64,000 nt of DNA from an uncultured delta proteobacterium (GCA_963790475.1 CAWBOS010000010.1:1504001-1568000), one strand, 5' to 3'. Shown: positions 11,738 to 22,660, numbered from the stretch's first letter. Notes: a model not told the origin generated them from the letters alone. Program-made: numbers and translations.

Positions 11738-11833
11738 AATGACAAAGGGGACTAAAATCCTGATTTTCTCCATTCTTGATAGCCCGACAATCATTTATTA
11801 ATCAGGAAAGAAGAGAAAGAAAGGAGAAGAAAA

Positions 11834-12352
11834 ATGATACCCGAAATCAAGACCATTCTTTATGCAACGGATCTCAGCAAAAACTCATCTTATGCCTTTC
11901 TTTATGCTGTTGATATGGCAAAAAGGCATAAGGCAAGAATTGTCATCTTACATTCTGTTGCCCCTGTTCATTATTTGTACCCTGAAGAAATGTCTTATCG
12001 TTTGTTTGAGATATTGGAAAAAGCCAAGACAGCGGAACGGGAAACAGACGTTGTGGAAATCAAGAAAAATCTTCAGAAGTTTTGTGAGAAAATGGAGAGT
12101 CAAATTGGCCCTCCATGCGTTGAACTGGTATCCAAAATCCTTGTTCCGGTGGGCCATTCCGTAGAAGAGATTTTGAATGCAGCGGAAAAAGAGGCTTGTG
12201 ATGCGATCGTCCTTGGAACCCATGGAAAAGGATTCTTGAAACACACCTTTCTTGGAAGTGTAGCTGAAGCGGTATTGGCAAGAACCCGAAAGCCGGTTCT
12301 CGTTATACCGTTGCCCTCTGAAAAAACCAATTTTGATTGGGATAAAATATGA
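11834..12352 (+). CDS. Universal stress protein (UspA family)
   Basis: ILYATDLS, DAIVLGTHGKG, FLGSVAEAVL...PVLVI motifs. Confidence 0.93.
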   Translation: MIPEIKTILYATDLSKNSSYAFLYAVDMAKRHKARIVILHSVAPVHYLYPEEMSYRLFEILEKAKTAERETDVVEIKKNLQKFCEKMESQIGPPCVELVSKILVPVGHSVEEILNAAEKEACDAIVLGTHGKGFLKHTFLGSVAEAVLARTRKPVLVIPLPSEKTNFDWDKI

Positions 12353-12499
12353 GCCTTTCTATGAAGTTAAGCTATCAGCTGGAGACAGAGAGACGAGCTT
12401 TAACCAGAGAGGAAGCCTATATCCAACTGGGCCATAGCGCTTCGCTTCCCAAGGCTCTTTGGGATTACACTCAATAAGGAGGATACCAGGAGGATACCT

Positions 12500-13177
12500 A
12501 TGAAGATCATAGCCATCGTCGGCAGCCCGAGAGGAGTTAAAGGGGCTACAGGCGCTTTAATGAAGATAGTGCTTCAGGGGGCTGAAAGTCTTGGAGCGAC
12601 TACCGAGATCTTTGCCATCAAGGGACAAGAAATAAAACCTTGCCGAGCCTGCAATACTTGCCATAAGGAGGGCGTCTGCCCCCAGAAGGACTCCTTCCGA
12701 ACGATCAAAGAGAGTATCGACCACGCCCATGGTCTTGTACTCGGAAGCCCCAACTACATATTTCACGTTAGTGCCCAACTGAAAGCCTTCTTGGACCGCT
12801 GTTGCGGCATGGTTCATTGTCAGGGCTTTGAGGGAAAGTATGGAGTGGCAGTGGTCACCTCCGGAGGAGGGGATGAGGCCCCTATAGCAGACTACATGCA
12901 GCATTTTCTGGCCATCACCGGGGCTATTCCTGTTGGGGCTGTTTGGGCGAGAATGGGTCAGATTCAAGGTTATAACTTTCCTTCGGAAATAAGAGAAAAG
13001 GCCTTTTCCCTGGGGGAGAGGCTTGTCAAGGCCTGGATGGCTAAAGAAGAAATTCCTGGGTACAAGGAGGTCACCCAGGATTTCCGTGAACGTATGCGAT
13101 CTCTGATGCTTTGGCGAAAGAAGGAATGGCCTTATGAGTACGAATACTGGAAGGCACACCGGGGTCTGAAAGGCTGA
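12500..13177 (+). CDS. Flavodoxin-family / iron-sulfur flavoprotein (NADPH-dependent FMN reductase family)
   Basis: GSPR, CRACNTCHKEGVC, GSPNY, QLKAFLDR motifs. Confidence 0.9.
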   Translation: MKIIAIVGSPRGVKGATGALMKIVLQGAESLGATTEIFAIKGQEIKPCRACNTCHKEGVCPQKDSFRTIKESIDHAHGLVLGSPNYIFHVSAQLKAFLDRCCGMVHCQGFEGKYGVAVVTSGGGDEAPIADYMQHFLAITGAIPVGAVWARMGQIQGYNFPSEIREKAFSLGERLVKAWMAKEEIPGYKEVTQDFRERMRSLMLWRKKEWPYEYEYWKAHRGLKG

Positions 13178-13635
13178 GTACGCTAACCTCAAAAAACACT
13201 AGAAAAGAAAAGTGGATCGAAATCCAGACAGCCGCATTAAAAACTTCTTCCAGAAGTCCTCGGATTTTCATTTATGACGGATTATAGGCACCAGTTCCAT
13301 GTTGAACAAGAATGGTTCGCAGATTCTCTGCCTGGCACTCTCGCAGACTCTACCAAGCCTTTGTGAATCAACCCAAAAAGAATAGGCTGTCCTTCCTCCC
13401 GGCCACTCCTTTTTGCTATTAAAAATATTGGAGAAATTTTAATAAAGTACTATAAGTTTCAAGATAAAATACAGGGATCGCCTTATTTTTTAAACTTTTT
13501 TAATTTGAGATAATAGATTTATTTACGGATGCCAACGCTTAGAAGCTTATTTGAAAAATCAACAATAGTCATGGATTCGGACAATAACGGAATCGAATTT
13601 TTTCCCGTTATTAAATCCAAAAAATAGAGAAAGTT

Positions 13636-13941
13636 ATGTTGGTCAACCGAAAATATTATTTCCTTATTTTGATCCTGGTTATTCTTCTTGGGGTAGCCTC
13701 GATCACCCCGGCCTGGACCGCACAAAAACCCGTTGATTTAAGCACCACCATTATCCAGGTAGCCAAGCAAAATCTTTCCAAGGTTGTCTATATTGAGGTC
13801 ATTAAGATTGGTCCGAAAAGCCCTCTTAAAGAGGCTGGTTTTGAGACGGGGGACATAATCCTGGCCATCGAAAATCAACCCATTCGAAACCTGGAGGGCT
13901 TTGTTGATTTGGTAAGTCTTTTAAATTTTCTAGTCGTTTAG
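13636..13941 (+). pseudogene. HtrA/DegP-like remnant: signal peptide fused to a partial PDZ domain
   Basis: IIQVAKQNLSKVVYIEV joins directly to GPKSPLKEAGFETGDIILAIENQPI; protease domain absent. Confidence 0.7.
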
Positions 13942-14629
13942 TAAATAAACATCGACAAATTTTTTTCCTATCCAGGATGAAGTCGCGAAATGTCCTCTTG
14001 GCCGTCGCCCCGGCGAAAGCCGGGTCCAGACGAAAAAGGGACTTTCATCCACTATTCGAAGCCAACTGCCCCGTCAGGGGCCGCCTCTTCGGAGGTAAAC
14101 TCCCGGAAGAGGCTTAGAAATTTATAGGGCTTTATTTGAAAAATATTCCCTAATAAGAGAAAAATGAAGGGCATAAAAGAGAAACTTAGTGGCTATTTGG
14201 CTAATTTAATACCTATTTTGATATATTTACCATAATTTTGATTTTCTCTTAATCCCCCATAATAAGAATTATACTGTATTTAAAGATAGTTATAATACAG
14301 GTATGGTAAATGCATACGAATTGAATAGTCAAACGATCTTCCAGACAGTTTGCTTTCTGGTAGTATTCAAAATGCCGATATTTTATTAAGGGAACAGTTA
14401 CATATGATGACAATAGGAGACTTTGAAATAAAAGTTAGTCTATTAGGTGCCGGAAAAACATTTGAACAGGCTATAAATAATGCTATTGAAATTTTTGTCT
14501 TTAAATCCGATTCTGACATCAATGAAGATAAGCCGGAAGATGAAGAGAAGGAGTAAATAAAATCCAGACTTGTTAAACCTTTTTTCTTCAGAAACCCTTA
14601 TCCCCCATGCCCTCAACCAATCTTTCTTC

Positions 14630-14658
14630 TTGATCCTGTCTTTTTCCTGCCCTATACT
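14630..14658 (+). promoter_or_regulatory. Sigma70-type promoter, repeated module copy 4
   Basis: TTGATC-17 bp-TATACT upstream of the nitroreductase gene. Confidence 0.7.
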
Positions 14659-14711
14659 CTTCTCATCGATAAAGAAGTTATTATGAAAAATATGATTTGG
14701 ATGGAGGAAAT

Positions 14712-15305
14712 GTGGAATTTGATCAGGTAATCCAAACACGCCGAAGTGTACGGAATTTCAAACCGGATCCGGTATCGGACAAGGCCGTTTTCGACATATT
14801 GGAGGCCGCCCGTTTGGCCGCTTCCGGCTCAAATATCCAACCCTGGCGGTTCATCATTATCCGCTCTCCGGAAATGAAGGAAAAACTTAAAACGGCTACC
14901 ATCTACCGGTTTGCCCTAAAAGCACCGGTGGTCATTGCCTGCTGTACCAACCTTTCGGCTCTGGACACCAGACCGGACCGGGTTGTCGAATTGATACAAG
15001 CGGGTGTTTTTGACAAGGTTGAAGTGGACGGCGAATATGTTCCACCGGAAAGGAGCCAAGAACAGGTTTTGACCTATCTGAACATGAACGTGGGGATCGC
15101 CATTACCCATATGATGCTCAAGGCGGTTGATTTAGGGCTGGGAAGCTGCTGGATAGGCGGATTCGACCCTCTGAAAACAAAAGAACTTCTTGATCTGGAT
15201 GACAATCTTCACGTTGTGGCCTTGTTGCCCATCGGATATCCGGAACAAATCCCGGCACAACGTCCCAGGTTTCCCTTAGAGAAGTTGATGGTCAAGACGG
15301 TTTAA
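14712..15305 (+). CDS. Nitroreductase family protein
   Basis: RRSVRNF, AASGSNIQPWRF, LGLGSCWIGGF; GTG start after GGAGG. Confidence 0.93.
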   Translation: MEFDQVIQTRRSVRNFKPDPVSDKAVFDILEAARLAASGSNIQPWRFIIIRSPEMKEKLKTATIYRFALKAPVVIACCTNLSALDTRPDRVVELIQAGVFDKVEVDGEYVPPERSQEQVLTYLNMNVGIAITHMMLKAVDLGLGSCWIGGFDPLKTKELLDLDDNLHVVALLPIGYPEQIPAQRPRFPLEKLMVKTV

Positions 15306-15556
15306 TAGGAATTCCCCCTTTCCATAACCCAAAACTTATCTACCTCCCTGCCACCAGAAACCGGTCATTGAATCCAGGGAGTTTCAATCGCACCTCTTTA
15401 CAGATAATCGATAAATATTGAGGGCCTTGATCGGGTAGCAGTGCACACTTCATCCATTATATTTTGACATTGACCATCAGAATCGAATAATGGTTAGGAC
15501 TGTTAAAAACTCTCAAAACAATGTTGAAATGGACTTGGAAAATTGGGAGGAATGGT

Positions 15557-17110
15557 ATGAGCTGGCAAGATGAAGTCGATGAACTGAGACGCCAGGAGAA
15601 AAAAGCCAGAGAAATGGGTGGTCCTGAGCGGGTTGCCAAACAGCATGAAAAAGGAAGGAAGACGGTTCGAGAGCGTATCGAACGGCTCTGTGACCAAGAC
15701 TCCTTTCAAGAAATCGGAACCCTGGCCGGCAAGGCCGTCTATGACGACACCGGAAAACTTCAGTCCTTCACCCCGAGCAGTGTGGTTATGGGTTATGGAC
15801 GAATTGATGGGCAGACGGCCTGTGTTTTTGGAAATGACTTTACTATCAAAGGCGGTTCCTCGGACGACAATGCCAGCTTTAAGGCCGAATTTCTGATGAG
15901 AATGGCCAAGGAGCGACGGATGCCCCTGGTTTGTTTATACGATGGGGCCGGGGGGACGGTAACCGAAGGCGGGGACCATACCATTGTTCCGGTGAATTTT
16001 GGTTGGGCAACGCTGACCGAGTTGATGTCCCTGGTGCCGGTTGTGGCCGCCAATTTAGGGACTTCGGCGGGATGGATTGCGGTGCAGGCCGCGTTCTCTC
16101 ATTGGAATGTGATGACCAAAAACAGCGAACTGTTTGTTGCCGGCCCCCCTTTGGTCAAACGCGCTCTGGACATCGATATCACCAAGGAGGCGCTGGGGAA
16201 CTACAAGGTCCATGGCTACCGGAGTGGAGTCATCGACAATGTGGCCGAAGATGAGGAAGATGCCTTGCGCCAGATCAAGCGTTTTCTCTCTTACCTGCCC
16301 CCCAATGTCTGGCAGCAGCCTCCACGCGAGGAAACGGGGGATGATCCGAATCGACGGGAGGAGGAGCTAATCTCCATCATACCCAAGGACCCCAAGAAAA
16401 CGTTTAACGTTCGGAAACTCATCCGCCAGGTGGTGGACCAGAACTCCCTGTTTGAGTATGCCCCTTATTACGGAAAGTCCGTTGTGACCGCTCTGGCCCG
16501 TCTGGACGGGTATCCGGTCGCCATACTCAGCAATGATTCGACCTGGTTGGGAGGAGCGCAGGATGTACCCGGGGCGGAGAAGATGCTGAAATTCATCGAC
16601 CTGGCGGATACCTTTCATCTGCCTGTTATCTATATGATGGACGTTCCGGGTTACTTCCTCGGTCCGGAATCAGAGAGAGCCGGGGCGGAAAGGAAGGCCG
16701 TACGGGTCCATGCGGCGATGCATCAGGCGACTACCCCCTGGGTAAGCGTCTTGTTAAGACGGTCCTTTGGAGTCGCCGGAGCCGGTCATGGACAATATAA
16801 TCGTTTGAACCTCCGCTTCGCCTGGCCTTCCGGCCAATGGGGCTCTCTGCCCATTGCCGGCGGCGCGATGGCAGAATTTCGTAGGGAAATTGAGGCGGCG
16901 CCCGACCCGGAAGCCAAAAGGGCCGAAATCGAAAAACGTCTCCGGGACATCGGTTCACCCATGCGCACCGCCCATAATTTTTCTTTAATGGGGGTAGAAG
17001 AGGTCATCGATCCTCGGGATACAAGGCCCCTCCTCTGTGAATTCGCCAGGCAGGCCCAGGGAGTTACCGCCACCCAACTGGGACCGAAGTATCGCGGCAT
17101 GAGGCCTTAG
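15557..17110 (+). CDS. Acyl-CoA carboxylase beta / carboxyl transferase subunit
   Basis: GGPERVAKQHEKGRKTVRERI, DFTIKGGS, DVPGY, IDPRDTR motifs; ATG after GGAGG. Confidence 0.92.
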   Translation: MSWQDEVDELRRQEKKAREMGGPERVAKQHEKGRKTVRERIERLCDQDSFQEIGTLAGKAVYDDTGKLQSFTPSSVVMGYGRIDGQTACVFGNDFTIKGGSSDDNASFKAEFLMRMAKERRMPLVCLYDGAGGTVTEGGDHTIVPVNFGWATLTELMSLVPVVAANLGTSAGWIAVQAAFSHWNVMTKNSELFVAGPPLVKRALDIDITKEALGNYKVHGYRSGVIDNVAEDEEDALRQIKRFLSYLPPNVWQQPPREETGDDPNRREEELISIIPKDPKKTFNVRKLIRQVVDQNSLFEYAPYYGKSVVTALARLDGYPVAILSNDSTWLGGAQDVPGAEKMLKFIDLADTFHLPVIYMMDVPGYFLGPESERAGAERKAVRVHAAMHQATTPWVSVLLRRSFGVAGAGHGQYNRLNLRFAWPSGQWGSLPIAGGAMAEFRREIEAAPDPEAKRAEIEKRLRDIGSPMRTAHNFSLMGVEEVIDPRDTRPLLCEFARQAQGVTATQLGPKYRGMRP

Positions 17111-17156
17111 GCGCTTAGTGAATAGAATTCTACTCAAATTGGATAGAATATTTCGT

Positions 17157-17236
17157 CGTCATTCCCGCGGAGGCGGGAATCCAGGCTATTCTCAACTTAT
17201 TAAAAACACTGGATTCCCTTTTTCAAGGGAATGACG
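17157..17236. repeat. REP-like palindromic unit (inverted pair)
   Basis: CGTCATTCCCGCGGAGGCGGGAATCCAG ... CTGGATTCCC-N8-GGGAATGACG. Confidence 0.8.
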
Positions 17237-17622
17237 AAAATAGGCTTTCGGTGACTTTTTACGAATCCACCAAATGTTACAATATTTCAAATATGGTCCC
17301 GGCTTGTCCGGGTTAGGGAAATAGTATCGAATCTCTAAACCGCCATGCCCCTCTCAGGGGCGTGGCACCACGATCCGCTCGGCTTTGCCGAGCTTTCGAA
17401 GAGGCTTCCTCTGGAAGCCGGGACATGAAAAAAGGACCGAGAGTGTCTTAAAACTGGAGCCCTATTTTCGAACTAATCTTCAAATCGACTGATCAGATTC
17501 ACAGAGAAGGGAAAAAAGATACCCCCCACCCTCTCCTCTTGAAGGATAAGAGTGGGGAGAGATTTCACCTACGGTGGGATTCACCAAAATTATCAATGGG
17601 AAGGTACTTAACTTAAAATCCT

Positions 17623-18903
17623 TTATTTCTGCAGTTCCTTCGTCTTTAACTCCTTCACCCCGATAAACTTCTTTTTCGGGTCGGTCATTTTCCTGATGTC
17701 CTCGCTGAAAACCGCTACGTAATCCCCATTATGTTGGAATTGGCCCATGATGGTTGGAAGATAGGGGTAGCCTTTAAGCGGATCATGACATTTATCAAAT
17801 TTCCAGGTCCAAAATCCATGTCTGGTCTCCACCGTTTCCAAAGCCTTGATCAAGGCCTCCACATCATTGGCCTTGCCGGCTTTTTCAATTGCGTTTTTCA
17901 GGATCCAGGGTCCGTCGTAAGCCCCGTAAGTCGAAGCAATCAGACCGCCTCCTCTTTTATCTAATTCAGTGAGGAAGGGCAGACTTCTTTCCGTAAAAGG
18001 AATACGAACTTCCGGCCAGGTCGAAACCCAACCCAACGCAGCTCCCCCGGTCATCTTCCAGAAAGCGGCATAGCTGCAGGCCCCGCTTTGGGCAACAAGA
18101 TTGATGTTCTTGGCTGAGGATTCCGCCCACTGTTTGGCCAGAGTGATGGTGTCCGTGTAACCGGTGACCCAATAGATGGTGTCCGCCCCGGAAGCGGCAA
18201 TTTTTTCAAAAGTAGGCAGGAACATTTTTTCGTTAATGGCACTCTGGGCAGAGTAAACCACTTTCAGCCCTTTCTTTTCCAGGAATTCCTTCAGGGGCGG
18301 ATATTTTCTCGGGCTTCCTTTTACATAAGGCTGTGTCCATCCGATATCTTCAATGACCAGGGCCAATTTCTTGGTTTTAACCACATCTGTAAAAAACGTC
18401 CAAAATTTCAACTTCGGATCGTAACTGTCTCCCGTCTTAGGATAAACTCTAAAAAAGAATTTATATTTATTATACTCGGCACAAACGGTATCCGTGGGAC
18501 CATCATGGGCCGTCCAGATGGCGAATTGAAGGTGGGGGAACTCGGGATACAATTTGGCCGCCTCTTCCATACAGGCGGTAGTCCCCTCAGTCCCTTCCGT
18601 ATAGACGAGCAGGCATTTTTCAGTCATCACCAGCTTTTTGTAGGCGGCTACGGCCAAAGGAACTTCCCGCTTCCAGTCCATGACTACCAACGCCACCGGC
18701 CGGCCCAGAATACCTCCGGCTTTATTGATCTCCTCAACGGCGATTTCAAGGGAAAGTTTATTGCTTATCCCATAAGGGGTAGACAAAGCGCCTACCAGTC
18801 CGATTTTGATCGGCTCCTTGCTTTGAGAGAAAGAAGCACTCACCCCGATCATCCATAAAAAGGCCATCATGACGACGAAGAAAGAAAGGGTCTTGCTTTT
18901 CAT
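17623..18903 (-). CDS. ABC transporter substrate-binding protein (branched-chain amino acid, LivK type)
   Basis: Signal peptide, PIKIGLVGALS, AVEEINKAGGILGRPV, AYDG motifs. Confidence 0.9.
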   Translation of the reverse strand: MKSKTLSFFVVMMAFLWMIGVSASFSQSKEPIKIGLVGALSTPYGISNKLSLEIAVEEINKAGGILGRPVALVVMDWKREVPLAVAAYKKLVMTEKCLLVYTEGTEGTTACMEEAAKLYPEFPHLQFAIWTAHDGPTDTVCAEYNKYKFFFRVYPKTGDSYDPKLKFWTFFTDVVKTKKLALVIEDIGWTQPYVKGSPRKYPPLKEFLEKKGLKVVYSAQSAINEKMFLPTFEKIAASGADTIYWVTGYTDTITLAKQWAESSAKNINLVAQSGACSYAAFWKMTGGAALGWVSTWPEVRIPFTERSLPFLTELDKRGGGLIASTYGAYDGPWILKNAIEKAGKANDVEALIKALETVETRHGFWTWKFDKCHDPLKGYPYLPTIMGQFQHNGDYVAVFSEDIRKMTDPKKKFIGVKELKTKELQK

Positions 18904-19056
18904 TTTCTTATCCTCCTGTCTATCCCCTCCCTATCCAATGGGGATTTTTTAATTTCGCTTCTGAGATGATACAGGGACTCATAGCCAAAATACCGTATTC
19001 CCCAAAGTGTCCTCCACCGCTGTCCGCTCCTCTGTCGGACAGGGATTAAGGAAGGA

Positions 19057-20010
19057 TTATTTTTGTCTGGCCCTCAACTCTTTGATAGGCACATACTGTT
19101 GCCCCGGATTGGACATTTTGGCCAATTCAGGGGGATATAAGAGAACAATCTTGCCGTCATTTTGCCACTGGGACAAGGGAGCCAATGGACCGAAGGGAAA
19201 AACTCCGTAGGGGAATAAGTTCCATTTCTTGAAAACTCTCCCCATGTCCCTGCTCATATTGGCCGGCGAACTCTTGGCGATTTCCTTAACCACATCTTCT
19301 ACAAACCCCTTTTTATAAGGAAAACTATGGGAGGTGTGATCCTGGGGATTGATTTTGATTTTTCCTCTGACCCCATCTATCTCAATGTTCTCCAGGGTTT
19401 TGATTAATTTTTCAATATCGGGGGAGCCGGTTTTCTTTATCCCTTCAGACCAGAACAGGACATCGTCATAGGCCCCCTCGGCCAACCAGTTGCTGCCCGG
19501 ATAACCAAAGGTTTTATTAAAACCCTGCGCATATTCCCTGGTTTTCCCAACGACTTCATAATTGGTTATATCCGAGGGCCACCAACCGACCATGCCTAAA
19601 CAAGTGCCGTTGGTAATTTCCCAGTATTTGGGGGATACACCGGAATGAAATATGGGGATGTCTTTAGCGGCTGAGGTGGCCCATTGTTTGGCCAGAACAT
19701 AGAAGTCGCTGTAGGCACTCATGGCGAAGTCGATATACTGGGCCCCGGAAGCGGCGATTTTTTCGAAAATGGGCAGAAATAGCTTCTCGCCCACGGCGAT
19801 TTTGGAGGTATAAACCACTTCCACTCCCCGGTCTCTATAGGCCACATCCGCATAAGGTCGAAAACCGTATTCCGGCCAGCCCTGCCAATAGGGATTGTAA
19901 TCCATTAGATCCTCACCGATGATGGCTACCTTCTTAGGCTTAGGTTTGATTTCATGCTCGGTCAGAAAGGTATTGATTATCGCCGCCGATAAAAATCTAC
20001 TGGACGGCCG
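19057..20010 (-). pseudogene. Second LivK-type substrate-binding protein, 5'-truncated
   Basis: Paralogous to 17623..18903 (FLPIFEKIAASGA, LAKQWA) but lacks signal peptide and N-terminal region. Confidence 0.75.
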
Positions 20011-20181
20011 GATGGAACTCGCTTCAATTTGGAGAAAGTCAGCTCTCCCGAGCACGGCCGGAGGGGACTTGGGATTACAAGCATGAAAGAGCGGGTTGAA
20101 CTTACAGGTGGTTTATTTGCTATCGAATCCATTGAGGGAAAAGGAACGGTTATCCGGGCCGTTTGCCTTCTGAATTTTTAG
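20011..20181 (+). pseudogene. C-terminal fragment of a NarX-type sensor histidine kinase (HATPase_c)
   Basis: Translates DGTRFNLEKV...RGLGITSMKERVELTGGLFAIESIEGKGTVIRA*; no start codon. Confidence 0.8.
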
Positions 20182-20342
20182 GACTATAGCTAAGATAAGC
20201 TTTCGGGACCATTAGATTTTAAATACAGCTCTTTCCGCGAAAAAATACAGTATTCCCACCATTCTTTTCCTCTATAATCTTTGATATTATTCAGCTACTT
20301 TTATAAATATATTTATCAAACGTGACCTTTTAATCCTAACTG

Positions 20343-20759
20343 ATGAATAAACCACGGCGTATCCTGATCGTTGATGACAATCCCGCCCTCCGAGAGGGAT
20401 TAAAGTCCATTCTTTCGGACTTCCCAGCTTTCGATATTGTCGGTGAAGCACCCGATGGGGTGGAAGCCCTTAATGCTGTTGAAAGATTACTTCCCGACCT
20501 GGTTTTGATGGATATATCCATGCCCCGGATGGACGGCCTAGCCGCCACCAAGGAAATCAAGAAAAGATGGCCGGGCACTAAAATCCTGGTCTTCACCGTT
20601 TATAAAACCCCTGAATACCTGGTGGCTGCCCATAAGGCCGGTGCCGACGGGTATATATTAAAGGATTCTTCCCGGGCCGAATTGATTCAATCCATCGAAG
20701 ATATCCTTGCTGGAAACCAAGGGTTCCCTCAGAACTTTATGGAATTGGGCTCCCGCTGA
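20343..20759 (+). CDS. Response regulator, NarL-type receiver domain without HTH
   Basis: ILIVDD, PDLVLMDISMPRMDG, GADGYILK. Confidence 0.9.
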   Translation: MNKPRRILIVDDNPALREGLKSILSDFPAFDIVGEAPDGVEALNAVERLLPDLVLMDISMPRMDGLAATKEIKKRWPGTKILVFTVYKTPEYLVAAHKAGADGYILKDSSRAELIQSIEDILAGNQGFPQNFMELGSR

Positions 20760-21078
20760 TTCTTTCCTTTATATCTTTACCACTCTTCGGGGTACTTCTA
20801 TATTCCGGAAGTTCTTCCTGAAGCCAAGCATCCGGCAATTTTGAAAGGTATTCACCTTTTCGAACAGCAATCCTCATTGACTGAAATACACACCCACCTG
20901 TCTTGCGGAATCTACATTATTAAGAGAAGAAAGATAACCTACCGGTCTATGTTGTTTTTCACTTTCCAACAAAATTTCTTGATATTAAAAGATTTAAGAG
21001 TATCATTTGATTTACAAGCTAACTCGTTTACTAATTTATAACCCTACACCCTTGGAGGGTGCTATGGACTGAAGATCG

Positions 21079-21120
21079 AAACCCCGATTCTCAAAAGAGA
21101 GCGGGGTTTTGTGTTTTATT
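21079..21120 (+). terminator. Terminator-like hairpin in the leader of 21141..21662
   Basis: AAACCCCG...CGGGGTTTT followed by T-rich tail. Confidence 0.55.
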
Positions 21121-21140
21121 GATACAAGGGAGGTGGACTC

Positions 21141-21662
21141 ATGAAAAATAGTCAGTCGCAGGAAAAGCATGGAGAATCCGGCCCGAAGATGCTTCTGTCG
21201 GAAAGGAAGAGGCTATCCCACCTTTCCGGTATCAAGGTTGTGAAGAAAGGGGAAATACCCGCTGACATTCAGGCAAAGGGCGAAATTTATGATTTACTGA
21301 TTCTTCCCGCATTTACATTATGTGCATGCTATCTCGGATATGCAAATTTTAGAATACTGGAGGAAGAAAAGGTTGAGATTCCCGTCGGCTTGATCTGGGA
21401 CCTGTTCAACTTTACGTCTGGTTTAACCATCAGCAGGCAAATAATGGATCGGCATATCATGATTATTGATAAGGCTTTCGAGTTGCTTGGCTTCCATGCA
21501 GATCTTTCAGTCAAGGATCAACATATCGTTGTCATTGATGGAGTTTCAAAGATTACGGACAGGGAGAGTGGTAAAACGAAATACGTTGGATTCAACGAAA
21601 AAGGCATAAATCCTGACATTTTTTTGCAGATGCTGATGCTTGCTTTAGACAGGAGCTTTTGA
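21141..21662 (+). CDS. Hypothetical protein
   Basis: 173-aa ORF with GGAGGT RBS. Confidence 0.65.
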   Translation: MKNSQSQEKHGESGPKMLLSERKRLSHLSGIKVVKKGEIPADIQAKGEIYDLLILPAFTLCACYLGYANFRILEEEKVEIPVGLIWDLFNFTSGLTISRQIMDRHIMIIDKAFELLGFHADLSVKDQHIVVIDGVSKITDRESGKTKYVGFNEKGINPDIFLQMLMLALDRSF

Positions 21663-21822
21663 ATGTATCCTCTTTTTGACAACAGGATGAGTGCAGGGTC
21701 GCCAATCCGGAGATAAATGGTTTCGTTTACATCCCCAGAATCCTTTGAGTTGGGAAATTATACAGAAACTTTAGAATAATTTGGGGGTCTCGAAAGTGAA
21801 CCAAGGGGGAGGCGAGTAATAG

Positions 21823-22041
21823 CGGACTTCCGTAGCCAAAAATGCCGTACTGGGAGCTATTGAGTCAGCGAAGGAGCTCGGATTATCCGCAGAGGAGGTC
21901 GCTTCGGCAGCAGCAACGGGGGCCGTTGAGTCAGCTCAGAAAATCGGCGGCGAAACGGGTTCAGCCATTAGGAAAGCAGTTACCGGAACAATCAGCGGCA
22001 TAAGGGTCCGTATCAAAAGGCCTTTCAAGAAAGAGAAGTAA
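21823..22041 (+). pseudogene. Start-less C-terminal fragment of an Ala-rich hypothetical protein
   Basis: Open frame NAVLGAIESAKELGLSAEEVASAAATGAV...KRPFKKEK* preceded by an in-frame TAG. Confidence 0.55.
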
Positions 22042-22109
22042 TGCTTCGATGTCAGAAAACGGACTTGACTTGACAAATGAGTAGTAAGGGTGGTCAGATA
22101 ACCCCATAT

Positions 22110-22421
22110 TCATAATTTTTCAAACATAGTCTGAAGCTCCTTAATTAAAGCTATCTCCATTTCGATGAAGCGGTCATCGGTGAGGATGAATTCTACCTCG
22201 TAATAAGTTTGGTATTTCACGGCACTGGAGGCATGCTCGATGGCCTGAGAGATGGCAATGCCCTTGAGGCCTTCAAAGTCTTTGGTACTGGATATTGCCG
22301 TCTTGCGGAGAATGAGATGCATGGCTTTTTGAGCATCTTCGACGGTCTTAAGAGTAATATCAATCCCCTCCAGCTTTTTAATAGCCTTGATGATCTTTTC
22401 ATCCTCTACTCTAATTCTCAT
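22110..22421 (-). CDS. Hypothetical protein
   Basis: 103-aa ORF with GGAGG RBS. Confidence 0.7.
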   Translation of the reverse strand: MRIRVEDEKIIKAIKKLEGIDITLKTVEDAQKAMHLILRKTAISSTKDFEGLKGIAISQAIEHASSAVKYQTYYEVEFILTDDRFIEMEIALIKELQTMFEKL

Positions 22422-22660
22422 GATTCCTCCACATCACAGAAAAGCATTTCTTCACCCTGCGTGGGCCTTACTTAACTATAGGAGTGTATTAAATTATGGA
22501 TTGGATTGTCAACAGATTTACTGTTTTTCTCTGCCTTTCCTCGGGAATAACTCGATCTAGGCTATTTGATTTTCTGACAATTCACCCCTCATCGTTTTAT
22601 CTCTGTTACTTGTTAACGACCTGTTGCCTAAATGCCCTCTCCACACCCAAGAGAATTACA

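Noticed and set aside
14350-14556. Small AT-rich ORF as a gene
   Set aside because: No RBS or recognisable motif; probably the tail of a decayed gene.
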